Shown one piece after another: positions 11,042 to 23,036 of a DNA stretch of 54,258 bases. The notes beneath the pieces were generated by a model that did not search any database, was not told the DNA's origin, and was given only the letters and a program-made list of their open reading frames with translations. Source of the DNA: Cyanophora paradoxa CCMP329 (Eukaryota; Plantae; Glaucophyta). Numbering within the stretch: the stretch's first letter is position 1; each line of letters begins with the position of its first letter. The stretch covers positions 1 through 54,258 of the forward strand of contig QPMI01000338.1 of assembly GCA_004431415.1 (NCBI GenBank), in the 5' to 3' direction. Both the position numbers and the translations under genes were made by a program.

Positions 11042-12449
11042 GTTTTCGCGGCTTCCACTCCCGGCCGGGCCGAATTCGCGCTTTCGCAATTTCACGAAAT
11101 TTTCTCAACTTCACGAGGTTTCGCCCCCGCCGCGGCGCCTCCGGCGGCGCACATGTGTCTGGCTGCACATGCGCATGCATATATATAGGCCACAGATTTA
11201 GATCGGACTCCGCGGCCGGGACTTCGAAGTGTAGTGAATATATTAATGAGAGCGCAACTCGAAATTCTCGAAATTCGCAGACTTCTGGCCCCAGCTAATG
11301 CCATGATGCACGCCTCTACAGCTATTGCCGAGTTGTGCCGGCCACCGCCATAACCGGCGCAAAGCTTTGCTAGGCCCTAAGCCAAGTACTACGGTAAGGC
11401 CTCCTAGCCGCGTAGTAGCTAGGCCTCCAGATTTGATCTCCGCCCCCGAGTGCCGAAGCGCGCTCGGCGGGCCGCCCAGCCTGGCAGGCCTTGCAACTGC
11501 GTGCGCGCTCCCCAGCCCCGCCCTCGGTGCACGTGCCTCGCCGAAACGCTCGTGTTGGCAAGACTTGGGCCGATGATTTTTCGCGGGGTCCGAGTTCGAG
11601 CGGCTCACCGTGGCCAAATCTTCGATTTCGCGAATTCGCCAAGCCAAGAAGATACGTATACCTGCATGCCTATCCGACAAGTGCCCCATCTGGACCCCAT
11701 CTGGGTGACTCAGTGAGGGAGCTAGCACAAGAGTTAAATCCTTCGGAACTTAATCTTAAGCTCAAGCATTTCCCTCGGGAAGGGGAGAAGGGAGCGGGGT
11801 GCCTTAAAATGTCTAAAAGGCTATAGCGCTATTAGGAAAAATATTGCTATATATAAGTTGCCTCGTCCGATTCCTCCGATGCGCTCTCTGATCATGACGA
11901 TCTCCTCTCAAATTGCTCCCCCTGCGCCCTGGCATTGCTGCGGATCTCCTGGTTGTCACTGAGTACTTAGATTTGTTATGTTTTGATTGCAGTTTCAAAG
12001 TTTCACTCTAGATATGTGCGAATTGCACTCTCTTGGTCCCAGGCTATCGCGCTTAAAAGGGGGCTCTAACGGTCTGGGGCTCTAAAAGGGGGGGGGGGGG
12101 GGGCCGGGGGGGGGTGGTACTGTGATTCGAGCCGGCCGCGGGTTTGGCCAGTTTGTGAGCATTCAAAAAATGGAGGGAGAGCAGATCCATTCGGCAAGCT
12201 TAAGGGGCTGAGGCTGGGGCTCGAGGAGCGTTTGTAGCGAGGAGGTTTTTGATAAGGTCGAGCCGCTAATTCTGCCGAATTCTGCCGAATTGATGGATAC
12301 TCTCGCACCGCATCCGCGCGATAGCGAACATCAAATATGTTTTTAAAGGCGCCCTATCACAACTTAAAAAATGCGTCACTTCGGCGCCATTCGCTTTCCC
12401 CAAGAATTCAATGATTGCATTGCATTCGCATCATGACCGTACACATGTA

Positions 12450-15400
12450 TCACATCTCAGCGCCTACGCCGATGCCGCTTCTGCGCATGCACGAGCTGAG
12501 GCGGCATCGGTAGCACGACTGCCGAGCCGCGAGGGCACGGGTGAGTTCGACAGCAAGTTGAGGGTGGGAGCTGAAAAGGGCTGGGAACTGCTCGCTGCTG
12601 ACTGCTGCCTTGAAATTGGACATCTCGACGGCGCAGCGTAGCGCCAGCGCCCGCAGGCGCCCGTCGCCCAGCTGGTCTGCCAAGACGAGCGCCTCGATTG
12701 CCACACCGGCCTGGCGGAGCGTGAGAGCCGTGCGAGACTGGGCGGGGCGGCGATGGTCGGAGGGCGCACTGGGAGAGAGCCGTAGTGGTCGAGGCTCTTG
12801 AGGATGCATTCGAGGAATGAGGAAGCCCCGAAGTAATGGGCCGCTCGTATGACCTCTAGGCAAGCCCGGGCCTCGGCCCTGTCTGCATTGCAGGATCTTG
12901 CGTCGCCCCGCGCTTCAAAGCCTCGCGGCGCGAAGTCAGTTGACGGCATTCAAATTTATTCCACGGAATTCGAATACATATATTTACATCAAGGAAGAAA
13001 ATTAAATTCGTTTGCTCGGATAGGTACGGCCAGTAATTATATAAGGAATGGGGCTGCCCAGGGCCCTCCCCACGCTCCGCTGTTTCCAGCGACTCGCGAT
13101 CGGCCGAACCGTATGCCCCCCCCTTCCCCCCCCCCCCCCAAATATATTTATATTAGAGAAGCTCGCGCACGCAAATTGTCACGCCACGTCTTCGAGTAGG
13201 GTACCCGCAGCCCGCCCGTGTAGCAGAACCAGAGAAATGAACGGAACGTGTCGGCGCTGAACCCGTGCACCTGCCGCCGAGGCCGCGGGAGTCAGGGTAC
13301 AGGGCCAGGCGGTGCAGGGGCTCACACACATCGATGACACGGCTCTGGGACTCCAGCATGCCGGAGGAGAGCGATGCGCGAAAATAGTCGCCTTGTGCCT
13401 GTGCGGTATTCGGGAGGTTACGATCTAATCCTGGAAAGGGGGCTCAGGGAGGGGGCCGAGGCAAGAGATCTAGAGAGGGCGCGGGACAAGGTCGCGCGCA
13501 CAAAAAGGACGGATGAATCGACCCGGAAATCCACAGGCTCCAGGGGGTCAGGGCATCCGAATGTAGAGCCAGGCGACTCTGGGGCGGAGTTTGCAATCGA
13601 GAATGTGCAGAATTTATATAAATATTAGCTATGAAATGATATTACACGGGGTCCTCAGCGGACCGGGTGGCGGGTGGACACGCAAGGTCACGTCGGCGGG
13701 AGGGCACTCGGACGGGTTGCGATCGGGGACGGCACAGCTGCCGGAGGGGAACCCCTCGAAAAGGGCGGCCTGCGCGAAGCACAGTGAGGCCGCTGCAAGG
13801 CGGTACGCGGGATGCACGTGGAGGGTACAAGTTGGGACTCGGGGAGGGCATCGCTCGCGTCGCTCGTCGGATGCTGGGCCGCTTGCAATTGCAGCGGGTG
13901 CCGGGGCCCCTGCGCGGACGTCGCATGGCCGGGCACTCGTAGCTACGAGCTTTGTGCTTATAATTAAGGCGCACCACGGGCTCGCTCAACGGCGGCACCG
14001 GTGCTTGCCACGGCCTCGGAATTCCGTCCTGTGGGGGATCCGGGAGGAATAGGGGGATATCAAAGGTCGCAACGCCTCTAAGTCAAGAAGGGCGGGGGAC
14101 AAATTAAAACATGTACGTACGTCGTTGTTGGTGTATTCAATATTCTCAAGGGAATACATTCGCCAGGCTTTCTTGCAGGAAGCAAAGCTGCAGGGAAGGC
14201 CGAGTCAGCCTTCTACCAGTTGAATTTCCAATACATGTTTAACCTTGACGCCCAGCCCAACGCTATCGCTAGCGCTAGCTATTTAATTTCTATAGCCCAT
14301 CCTTCAATCTGCATGCGCAGCTAGCAGCTGGCGCCGTGCTCGAGCTTGAGCCCAACTCTAACTTAGTAACTTCGAGGGCTGCAGCCCCGGCCACGCCGGT
14401 GGAGCCCCTCACGCTCCACGGCGCACGTGGTGTTGTGGATGCAGCCGTCCTTGACGATGTCGCGTTCTGGGCCGGTGAAAGCGATGCCCACCGCGCAGCC
14501 CCGCACCACGCTCTCAATCATCTGAAAAGGGGTCTGTCAGACGCCGGCGGCGCGCGTCGCGAGCGTGGGCCCGCCTGGACAACGCATGTACGGTGCTTGA
14601 AGCTCACGGCGTGATTGCATGCGGATATTTCGCTCCTTCTGACTTCCACGGTCGCGCACGGCATATCGCAGACGATGCCGTGCTGCGGCCATGCGCGAGC
14701 TTCCGGTCAGCGGCGGGCGGAGCGGGCGGCGGACGGAGCGAGCGCCGGTGGGCGCGCCTGCGGCCTGCAGTCGGTGATGCGGCAAGCGGTGAACGAGAGG
14801 GTGGACTGGACGGGCGCCGCGGCCTCCGCGTGCGTGTTCTCTGACGAGGTGACGCGCACTCCGACGGAGCCCCGCCCATTAATCACGCAATTGTCAAAGC
14901 GCCTGCAGCGTGTACGCGTACATCAGCTTTGAAGTACGAGTTTTAAAGATTAGAGCGATAAGAGCGCGGAGAGGTGCCATCACCAGTTACAGCCGCTGCC
15001 CTTGAAAACCATGCTGCCGCGCAGCTCCAAGTTCACGAACGTCACCCTCGCCTGCCGCAGAGCGCGCGTATGATCAGAATCGAATTTGGGTCAGATCTAG
15101 AATTTGAGAAGCGCCTTCAAGCTCGAAGAGCATCTAAAGATGCGCACAGAATTTCCAGTGGCGAGGATGAGAACGCGCGAAGGGGAGTCGGGCTGCAAAA
15201 TGGTCGGGTTCTCCGAATCACCTACGATCGTGAGGGTGCATCCAGACGTCTGCGCAGCCGCGCGGCGCCGCGGGGCCGAGAAGGTGATGATCAGGGCGCC
15301 CGTGCATGTATATATATGACTCATCTGCGTCCGGATAGAAAGTAGCCGCACCTGCAGAATCGTGCGGCTGGGAAAGACGTGCAAGCCCGACGAGAGGCGG

Positions 15401-15601
15401 ATCTCGATTGTTTTGCAGCGGTCTTGCTTTGCGCGGTTCCAGGCCTGCGGGCGCCTTCAGCTTGGCTTTGCGCGCCTTGAGCTCGCGAAGGATCGAAAAC
15501 GGGTCGCGGCGCCCCGGGGAGCCCCACTCACACGCACGCGCGCGCACCGCATCGATCGTCTTAAATTCCGAATTCGCGCCGACGGCGTATACGTAGTTCA
15601 T
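12450..15601 (-). CDS. Parallel beta-helix (pectin lyase-like) + BTB/POZ (+BACK-like) protein, copy 2, multi-exon
   Basis: Starts MNYVYAVGANSEFKTIDA. BTB motifs: SECPPADVTLRV, DYFRASLSSGMLESQSRVIDV, FSADTFRSFLWFCYTGGL. C-terminal VAIEALVLADQLGDGRLRALALRC...SHPQLAVEL. Intactness not fully verified. Confidence 0.72.
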
Positions 15602-15757
15602 CGCGGATCGTACAGTCGCTGAGAAGCTCGTCGCGGTCGGGACGACCGAGGACGCCCGCGCGGCTCGCCGAATCCGGAATGAGCTGATCGAATTTCGCGC
15701 GAATTTCGTCGGGGCGGCTGATTTGGTTAAGAAGGCCGCGGATCAAATTCTGGGCAA

Positions 15758-15870
15758 GTCCTCGTAGCTCAAAGGTTAGAGCGCATGAACCGGCTGCTCA
15801 TTCCCCCCACTCGAGTGGTGGTTGAACCAGTTCGGCGCAGACGATCCAGGTTCGACTCCTGGCGAGGACA
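15758..15870 (+). ncRNA. tRNA-like Pol III RNA, type B, copy 2
   Basis: Acceptor, D and T arms identical to copy 1. Different central hairpin (CCGGCTG...CCAC-TCGA-GTGG...CAGTTCGG). TTTTT terminator. Confidence 0.75.
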
Positions 15871-18256
15871 GTTTTTGCGGCTTCCACTCCCGGCGGGGCC
15901 CGGCGCCCATTTCACTCGCTTGCAAAATTGCGATGAAACTTCTCTAAATCTGACCGCCTTTCCGCGCCTACCAACTTCGAAAATTCGCGTGTCCGAAATC
16001 GTCAGGCCGCCGCGCCAGAAAACGATTTCCGCAAGCGTTATTTGTTGATCGAAAGTAGAGGAATTTCGGAGTCGATTTCGCAAGAATTTTGCAGGGTTTT
16101 GCAGCGCCACCCCGGGGCCCGTAGCGTGGCACGGCGCCCTGCGGCCTCTGGCCCCCAGGCCGCCAACCGCAACGGACCAGAATTCGGAGTGATGAGGGAG
16201 CATCTTTGTGCGCGTCAGCGAGCAGCTCCCTCAATGAAGTGGGCGCTAGGCCAGGGGGCAGGCTGCAGATTTCAAACTGATCATGAACTTGGTGACGGCC
16301 GATCGCGAGACTTTCGCGGGGAAACCCTAGGCCTGGCCCTTTCCCTCAGCACTAGAACTAGACTATAGCTAGTATGCCCAGGCCTGGCCAGGATGTATGA
16401 CCGATACAGCGGCTCTCAATAGTAGGGGAATTTCGGAGCGGATTTCCGAAGTTCGCAAGTGTTTCGCAGGGTTTCGCAAGGTTTCGCCCGGCGGCCACCG
16501 TGCCGCTTGCAGCGCGACGCGGCGCGCTGTACCTGTACCCAGGCCCAGGCCCAGGCCCTGTACCCCTGTAGCAGCCGTCGTGCCTCCGGCAGGTGCACTG
16601 CGGCACGCCCCACGACCTTACAAACTGAGTCAGTTGCACCTGCACACGATCACAGATCGAGACGACCGTTGAATGTTATTAATGAGGTACTAATTATGAG
16701 GAATTCAGACCGTCATTACTACGGATCTTCTAGATGTCATCGAGTACTTAGATTGTGATACTAGTGGCCCGGCCGCGATTTTCGCGCCGGGGGTGCAATG
16801 GGGGAACCGGGATCTAATGAAAGAGGCCTAGTCACTGAGTTGCACGCACATGCGCAGAGTCCTCCCCTCGGGGTTGCGCTGCTCGGCTGCGGGCAGCGGC
16901 GCACGCGGTACTGCGGTATAAGCTCGCCGAGAGAGAGTCGATTTCGGCGGCGTGCTGAGCGCAGCAAGAGAGCACGGTCTGGATGGCCGGGCGTGCTCGA
17001 GCTCGGCTGCGATCAGCGGCGCAGCTAGGCAGCGGCGCAAGCGGTTTTGCGGTGCAAGCTCAAGCACGAGTGCCGGTCAGCGTGCTCGGCTGCGGGCCGG
17101 GCAGCGGCGCGCGCTCGGTAGGCGGTGCTGCGGTGCAAGCTTGATGCAGTGAGAAGTAGTCCAGCTGCAGGCGGCACGGGTACCGTACGGCGTACGCGGC
17201 GCAGTGTGAGGAAGCGGAAATCTAGAGGAGACAGCTAGGGAGAAGTGGTTCCATGCAGAACCGCGCAAGGAAGAGCCCGGAGTGAGAGAGAAGTTGGTTT
17301 TCCCCTCGAAAACCACTTTCGAAAGTCGAGGGCTGACCGGTTCACCGAGCCAATCAGAACGCGAATAACCATCATTTTTTTCTGGTGTTGCATACTGGAC
17401 CTCGCAAACGGCCTCATAGAAAAAGTTTGGCTGAAGCGAGGGAACGGGAAGCAACTTGGCAAGCTGGGAGAAGCCCTTCGGTCTTCGTCCCCCCTTGCAA
17501 TTAACTATGATACTATGATATGTGAGAATATTAATTGCATTCTCTTGGTCCCGGCTATAGAGCCTCGGAGTCCGGCTGTTGAACTCCGTCAGGCTCTCAT
17601 AGTCTGTCAGTCTCTCACCGAAATGTAGTATGCTATATGAAATGTACCCCCTTGATTTATTGCGCAATCGAGAACTCGCCGCACAAGTCCAGAGCTGGGC
17701 AGAAATCGTAGAAATCGTAGCTTGTCACATGTACAGTGAGCAATTGGCGCAGAAGCAAGCAATTGCAAGGCTGAAATCACTTTCAAGTGCATTCCAGACC
17801 AGACCAGAACAAGGATAATTGCACTTCCGCGCAAAGGCCTCGCTGTGCAAAAGTCAACTCTCTCTTCAGCCCTCGACAGCTGCAGTGCAAGCTTTAAGGC
17901 AGCTCAAACCCCTCCCACGTCCCAGGCCCTCCCCCCTCCCGTACCCCCGAATTGCAACTGCCCTTTGCGGAACTTGAACGCTGGAGCGATAAGCTTAAAA
18001 CACCGGCCGGGCGCACTGCTAACGTTGACTCGGCTGACCGTCGGACTCGCCGCGAAGCTGGCCGAGTCCTCTTCGAATTCGTATGGCCGTAGCTGTAGGA
18101 ACCTCTCGCACCGTATCCGCGCGATAGCGAACATCAGATATGTTTTTAAAGGCGCACTATCACAAACTAAATGCGTCACTTCGCGATCCTCGCCATTCGC
18201 TCCCCCCAAGAATTGCATTGCATTTGCATCGAGAGACCTGAGGGTATACACGTGTA

Positions 18257-21200
18257 TCACATCTCAGCGCCTACGCCGGAGCTTAGGCCACGGCATTTGT
18301 AGCACGACGGCCGAGCCGCGAGGGCACGGGTGAGCTCGGCAGCGAGCTGAGGATGGGAGCTGACAAGGGCCGGGAACTGCTCGCTGCTGACTGCTGCCTT
18401 GAAATTGGACATCTCGACGGCGCAGCGTAGCGCCAGCGCCCGCAGGCGCCCGTCGCCCAGCTGGTCTGCCAAGACGAGCGCCTCGATTGCCACACCGGCC
18501 TGGCGGAGCGTGAGAGCCGTGCGAGACTGGGCGGGGCGGCGATGGTCGGAGGGCGCACTGGGAGAGAGCCGTAGTGGTCGAGGCTCTTGAGGATGCATTC
18601 GAGGAATGAGGAAGCCCCGAAGTAATGGGCCGCTCGTATGACCTCTAGGCAAGCCCGGGCCTCGGCCCTGTCTGCATTGCAGGATCTTGCGTCGCCCCGC
18701 GCTTCAAAGCCTCGCGGCGCGAAGTCAGTTGACGGCATTCAAATCTATTCCACGGAATTCGAATACATATATTTACATCAAGGAAGAAAATTAAATTCGT
18801 TTGCTCGGATAGGTACGGCCAGTAATTATATAAGGAATGGGGCTGCCCAGGGCCCTCCCCACGCTCCGCTGTTTCCAGCGACTCGCGATCGGCCGAACCG
18901 TATGCCCCCCCCCTCCTTCCCCCCCCCCCCCCCCCCCCCCCCAAATATATTTATATTAGAGAAGCTCGCGCACGCAAATTGTCACGCCACGTCTTCGAGT
19001 AGGGTACCCGCAGCCCGCCCGTGTAGCAGAACCAGAGAAATGAACGGAACGTGTCGGCGCTGAACCCGTGCACCTGCCGCCGAGGCCGCGGGAGTCAGGG
19101 TACAGGGCCAGGCGGTGCAGGGGCTCACACACATCGATGACACGGCTCTGGGACTCCAGCATGCCGGAGGAGAGCGATGCGCGAAAATAGTCGCCTTGTG
19201 CCTGTGCGGTATTCGGGAGGTTACGATCTAATCCTGGAAAGGGGCTCAGGGAGGGGGCCGAGGCAAGAGATCTAGAGAGGGCGCGGGACAAGGTCGCGCG
19301 CACAAAAAGGACGGATGAATCGACCCGGAAATCCACAGGCTCCAGGGGGTCAGGGCATCCGAATGTAGAGCCAGGCGACTCTGGGCGGAGTTTGCAATCG
19401 AGAATGTGCAGAATTTATATAAATATTAGCTATGAAATGATATTACACGGGGTCCTCAGCGGACCGGGTGGCGGGTGGACACGCAAGGTCACGTCGGCGG
19501 GAGGGCACTCGGACGGGTTGCGATCGGGGACGGCACAGCTGCCGGAGGGGAACCCCTCGAAAAGGGCGGCCTGCGCGAAGCACAGTGAGGCCGCTGCAAG
19601 GCGGTACGCGGGATGCACGTGGAGGGTACAAGTTGGGACTCGGGGAGTGCATCGCTCGCGCCGCTCGTCGGATGCTGGGCCGCTTGCAATTGCAGCGGGT
19701 GCCGGGGCCCCTGCGCGGACGTCGCATGGCCGGGCACTCGTAGCTACGAGCTTTGTGCTTATAATAAGGCGCACCACGGGCTCGCTCAACGGCGGCACCG
19801 GTGCTTGCCACGGCCTCGGAATTCCGTCCTGTGGGGGATCCGGGAGGAATAGGGGGGTATCAGAGGTCGCAACGCCTCTAATTATAAGTCGAGAAGGGCG
19901 GGTTGAGACCATGGTCACGTTGTCAGTGTAGACAAAACCGGGGCCGGCCTCCGACAATTGTAGCACTTGTTTGCAGGACGCAAAGCTGTACGAAAGGCCG
20001 AGTCAGCCTTTTACGGCCGACGCCCAGCTCAAGGCTAGTGTTAGCTTTAGCACATCGTTCTATTTGGCGCCGAGCTCGAGCTTGCGATTGAGCCCAGCTC
20101 TATATCTATGAGGCCTTCTACTGATTGAAGTTTCAGTAAATGTTTAATCTTGACGCCCAGCCCAACGCTATATATAGCTGGCTACCCCGGTATTTCTATA
20201 GCCCATCCTTCAATCTGCAGCTGGCGCCGTGCTCGAGCTTGAGCCCTCGCGCTCCGCGGCGCACGTGGTGTTGCGGATGCAGCCGGCCTCGACGACGTCG
20301 TGTTGTGGGCCGGTGAAGGCGACGCCCACCGCGCAGCCCCTCACCACGCTCTCAATCATCTGAAAATGGGTCTGTCAGACTCTGGCGGCGCGCGTGTCGC
20401 AAGCGCGGGCCTGCCTGGACAACGCATGTACGGTGCTTGAAGCTCACGGCGTGATTGCATGCGGATATTTCGCTCCTTCTGACTTCCACGGTCGCGCACG
20501 GCATATCGCAGACGATGCCGTGCTGCGGCCATGCGCGAGCTTCCGGTCAGCGGCGGGCGGAGCGGGCGGCGGACGGAGCGAGCGCCGGCGGACGCGCCTG
20601 CGGCCTGCAGTCGGTGATGCGGCAAGCGGTGAACGAGAGGGTGGACTGGACGGGCGCCGCGGCCTCCGCGTGCGTGTTCTCTGACGAGGTGACGCGCACT
20701 CCGACGGAGCCCCGCCCATTAATCACGCAATTGTCAAAGCGCCTGCAGCGTGTACGCGTACATCAGCTTTGAAGTACGAGTTTTAAAGATTAGAGCGATA
20801 AGAGCGCGGAGAGGTGCCATCACCAGTTACAGCCGCTGCCCTTGAAAACCATGCTGCCGCGCAGCTCCAAGTTCACGAACGTCACCCTCGCCTGCCGCAG
20901 AGCGCGCATGATCAGAATCGAATTTGGGTCAGATCTAGAATTTCAAAAGCGCCTTCAAGCTCGAAGAGCATCTAAAGATGCGCACAGAATTTCCAGTGGC
21001 GAGGATGAGAACGCGCGAAGGGGACTCGGACAGCAAAATGGCCGGGCTCTCCGAATCACCTACGATCGTGAGGGGGGTGCATCCAGACGTCTGCGCGCGC
21101 CGCATGCGCAGCGCCAAAAGGCCGCGGCGTTCAGGGCGCCCACGCATGCCTCAGCTGCGTCCGGATTTGATCGAACCTTCAGGTACGTGCGGCTGGGAAA

Positions 21201-21426
21201 GACGTGCAAGCCCGACGAGAGGCGGATCTCGATTGTTTTGCAGCGGTCTTGCTTTGCGCGGTTCCAGGCCTGCGGGCGCCTTCAGCTTGGCTTTGCGCGC
21301 CTTGAGCTCGCGAAGGATCGAAAACGGGTCGCGGCGCCCCGGGGAGCCCCACTCACACGCACGCGCGCGCACCGCATCGATCGTCTTAAATTCCGAATTC
21401 GCGCCGACGACGTATACGTAGTTCAT
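18257..21426 (-). CDS. Parallel beta-helix + BTB/POZ protein, copy 3, multi-exon
   Basis: Starts MNYVYVVGANSEFKTIDA. The BTB region is near-identical to copy 2 (18290-19880 vs 12500-14080). The middle exons are near-identical to copy 1. Confidence 0.72.
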
Positions 21427-21576
21427 CGCGGATCTTACATGCAGTCGCTGAGAAGATCGTCGCGATCGGGCCGACGCCCGCGCTCGCCGAATTCTGAATG
21501 AGCTGATCGAATTTCGCGCGAATTTCGTCGGGGCGGCTGACTGGGGTATGAAGGCCGCGGATCAAATTCTGGGCAA

Positions 21577-21689
21577 GTCCTCGTAGCTCAAAGGTTAGAG
21601 CGCATGAACCGGCTGCTCATTCCCCCCACTCGAGTGGTGGTTGAACCAGTTCGGCGCAGACGATCCAGGTTCGACTCCTGGCGAGGACA
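21577..21689 (+). ncRNA. tRNA-like Pol III RNA, type B, copy 3
   Basis: Identical to 15758-15870. Confidence 0.75.
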
Positions 21690-22859
21690 GTTTTTGCGGC
21701 TTCCACTCCCGGCGGGGCCCGGCGCCCATTTCACTCGCTTGCAAAATTGCGATGAAACTTCTCTAATCTGACCGCCTTCGAAATGTCGCGCATCCGATCG
21801 CGGAATGTTCAGACCGCCGAGCCAAGAACTCGGAAGATTTCAGAAAGCGTGATTTGCCAAGTTGTTGATCAAAAGTAGAGGAATTTCGGAACGGATTTCC
21901 GAAGTTCGCCAAGGGTTTTGCAGGGTTTCGCAGCGCCACCGTGTCACGATCGCAACGGACCAAAGTTCGGAGTCATTGAGTGATGAGGGAGCATCGTTGT
22001 GCGCATCAACGAGCAGCTCCCTCAATGAAGTGTGCGCTAGGCTAGGAAGGGGGCGGGCCGCAGATTTCAAACTGATCATGAACTTGGTGACGGCCGATCG
22101 CGAGACTCTGAGACTTTCGAGGGGAAATCCTGGCCCTTTCCCTCAACACTAGAACTAGCCTATAGCTAGTATGCCCAGGCCTGGCCAGGATATATGCGGC
22201 GGGCGGGGCCACTTCAGTGCTCGGCGTACGGTTGGATCTGCTTGGCGCGGTGCCAGGCCTCAGGGCCTGGCATGGGCGCCCTGCGACGCGCGGCCCGCGC
22301 GCGGCCGGCCGTTGGCCCCGTGCATCGCCGGGGCGCCCGCCCGGATGGCCCGCGGCCGGAGGCCCTCAGGGCCTCTAATTATGAATTCTGAACGGCTAGC
22401 CTAGTAGGGACAGGGGGAGTAGGGGGGAGTAGCCCTTCCCGCGTGAGCGTGGGGAAAACTATTGCTATAGCTATATATAATTAATGCAAATCTAAAAAAT
22501 CGACTCCTCGTCCGAGGCGCTCTACTCGGCCAAATGACGAACCTCGAGCTCCGGATCCTGCAGCTGGTCATGACGATCTCCTCTCAAACTCTCTCTAGAT
22601 CTCTCCCCCCCTGCGCCCTGGATCCCGCGCCCAAGGCCTAGCTATAGACGGCGCCATTCTCAGTACCTGGTCCGACGGTCCCGGGGCCCCCTCCTGCCCT
22701 CCCCCAGTCTGACAGTCTCAGTACCTGACACTGCCCCGGACTCAGTGACTCGGGACCCCGGCCCGACACCCCTATCATACCGCATCGCTGTTCACTGTTC
22801 ACTGAGTCAGTGCTGCGGCAGTACTACCACAAGGCAAGGTTTGCGAGGGCGAAATTGAC

Positions 22860-22950
22860 TAGAGGGTGGACTGGACGGGCACAGCGGCCTCCGCGCACTG
22901 CGGGACTCCAACGAGGCCCTGCCCATTCATCACACAACTGTCAAAGCTTG
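22860..22950 (-). pseudogene. Isolated remnant of one beta-helix exon (trace of a further copy)
   Basis: AGAGGGTGGACTGGACGGGC...GCCCATTCATCACACAACTGTCAAAGC aligns, with a deletion, to 9977-10080. Confidence 0.6.
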
Positions 22951-23036
22951 GAGTATTGGATTATTTCTGGAGTTTCGGTATTTCCAATTGGTATTTGGTA
23001 TTTGGTATTTGAGCATATATCACTACGTATACCACA

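Noticed and set aside
11730-11800. Structured ncRNA (C-TTCG-G and TTCCC-TC-GGGAA hairpins)
   Set aside because: The stems are short, and the second copy at about 28250 is simply part of a recent duplication with no covariation.
21840-22110. Leucine-rich-repeat gene fragment (TSLRELLVDAH), also present at about 16170-16310
   Set aside because: Only one weak motif, and no consistent exon chain could be built.
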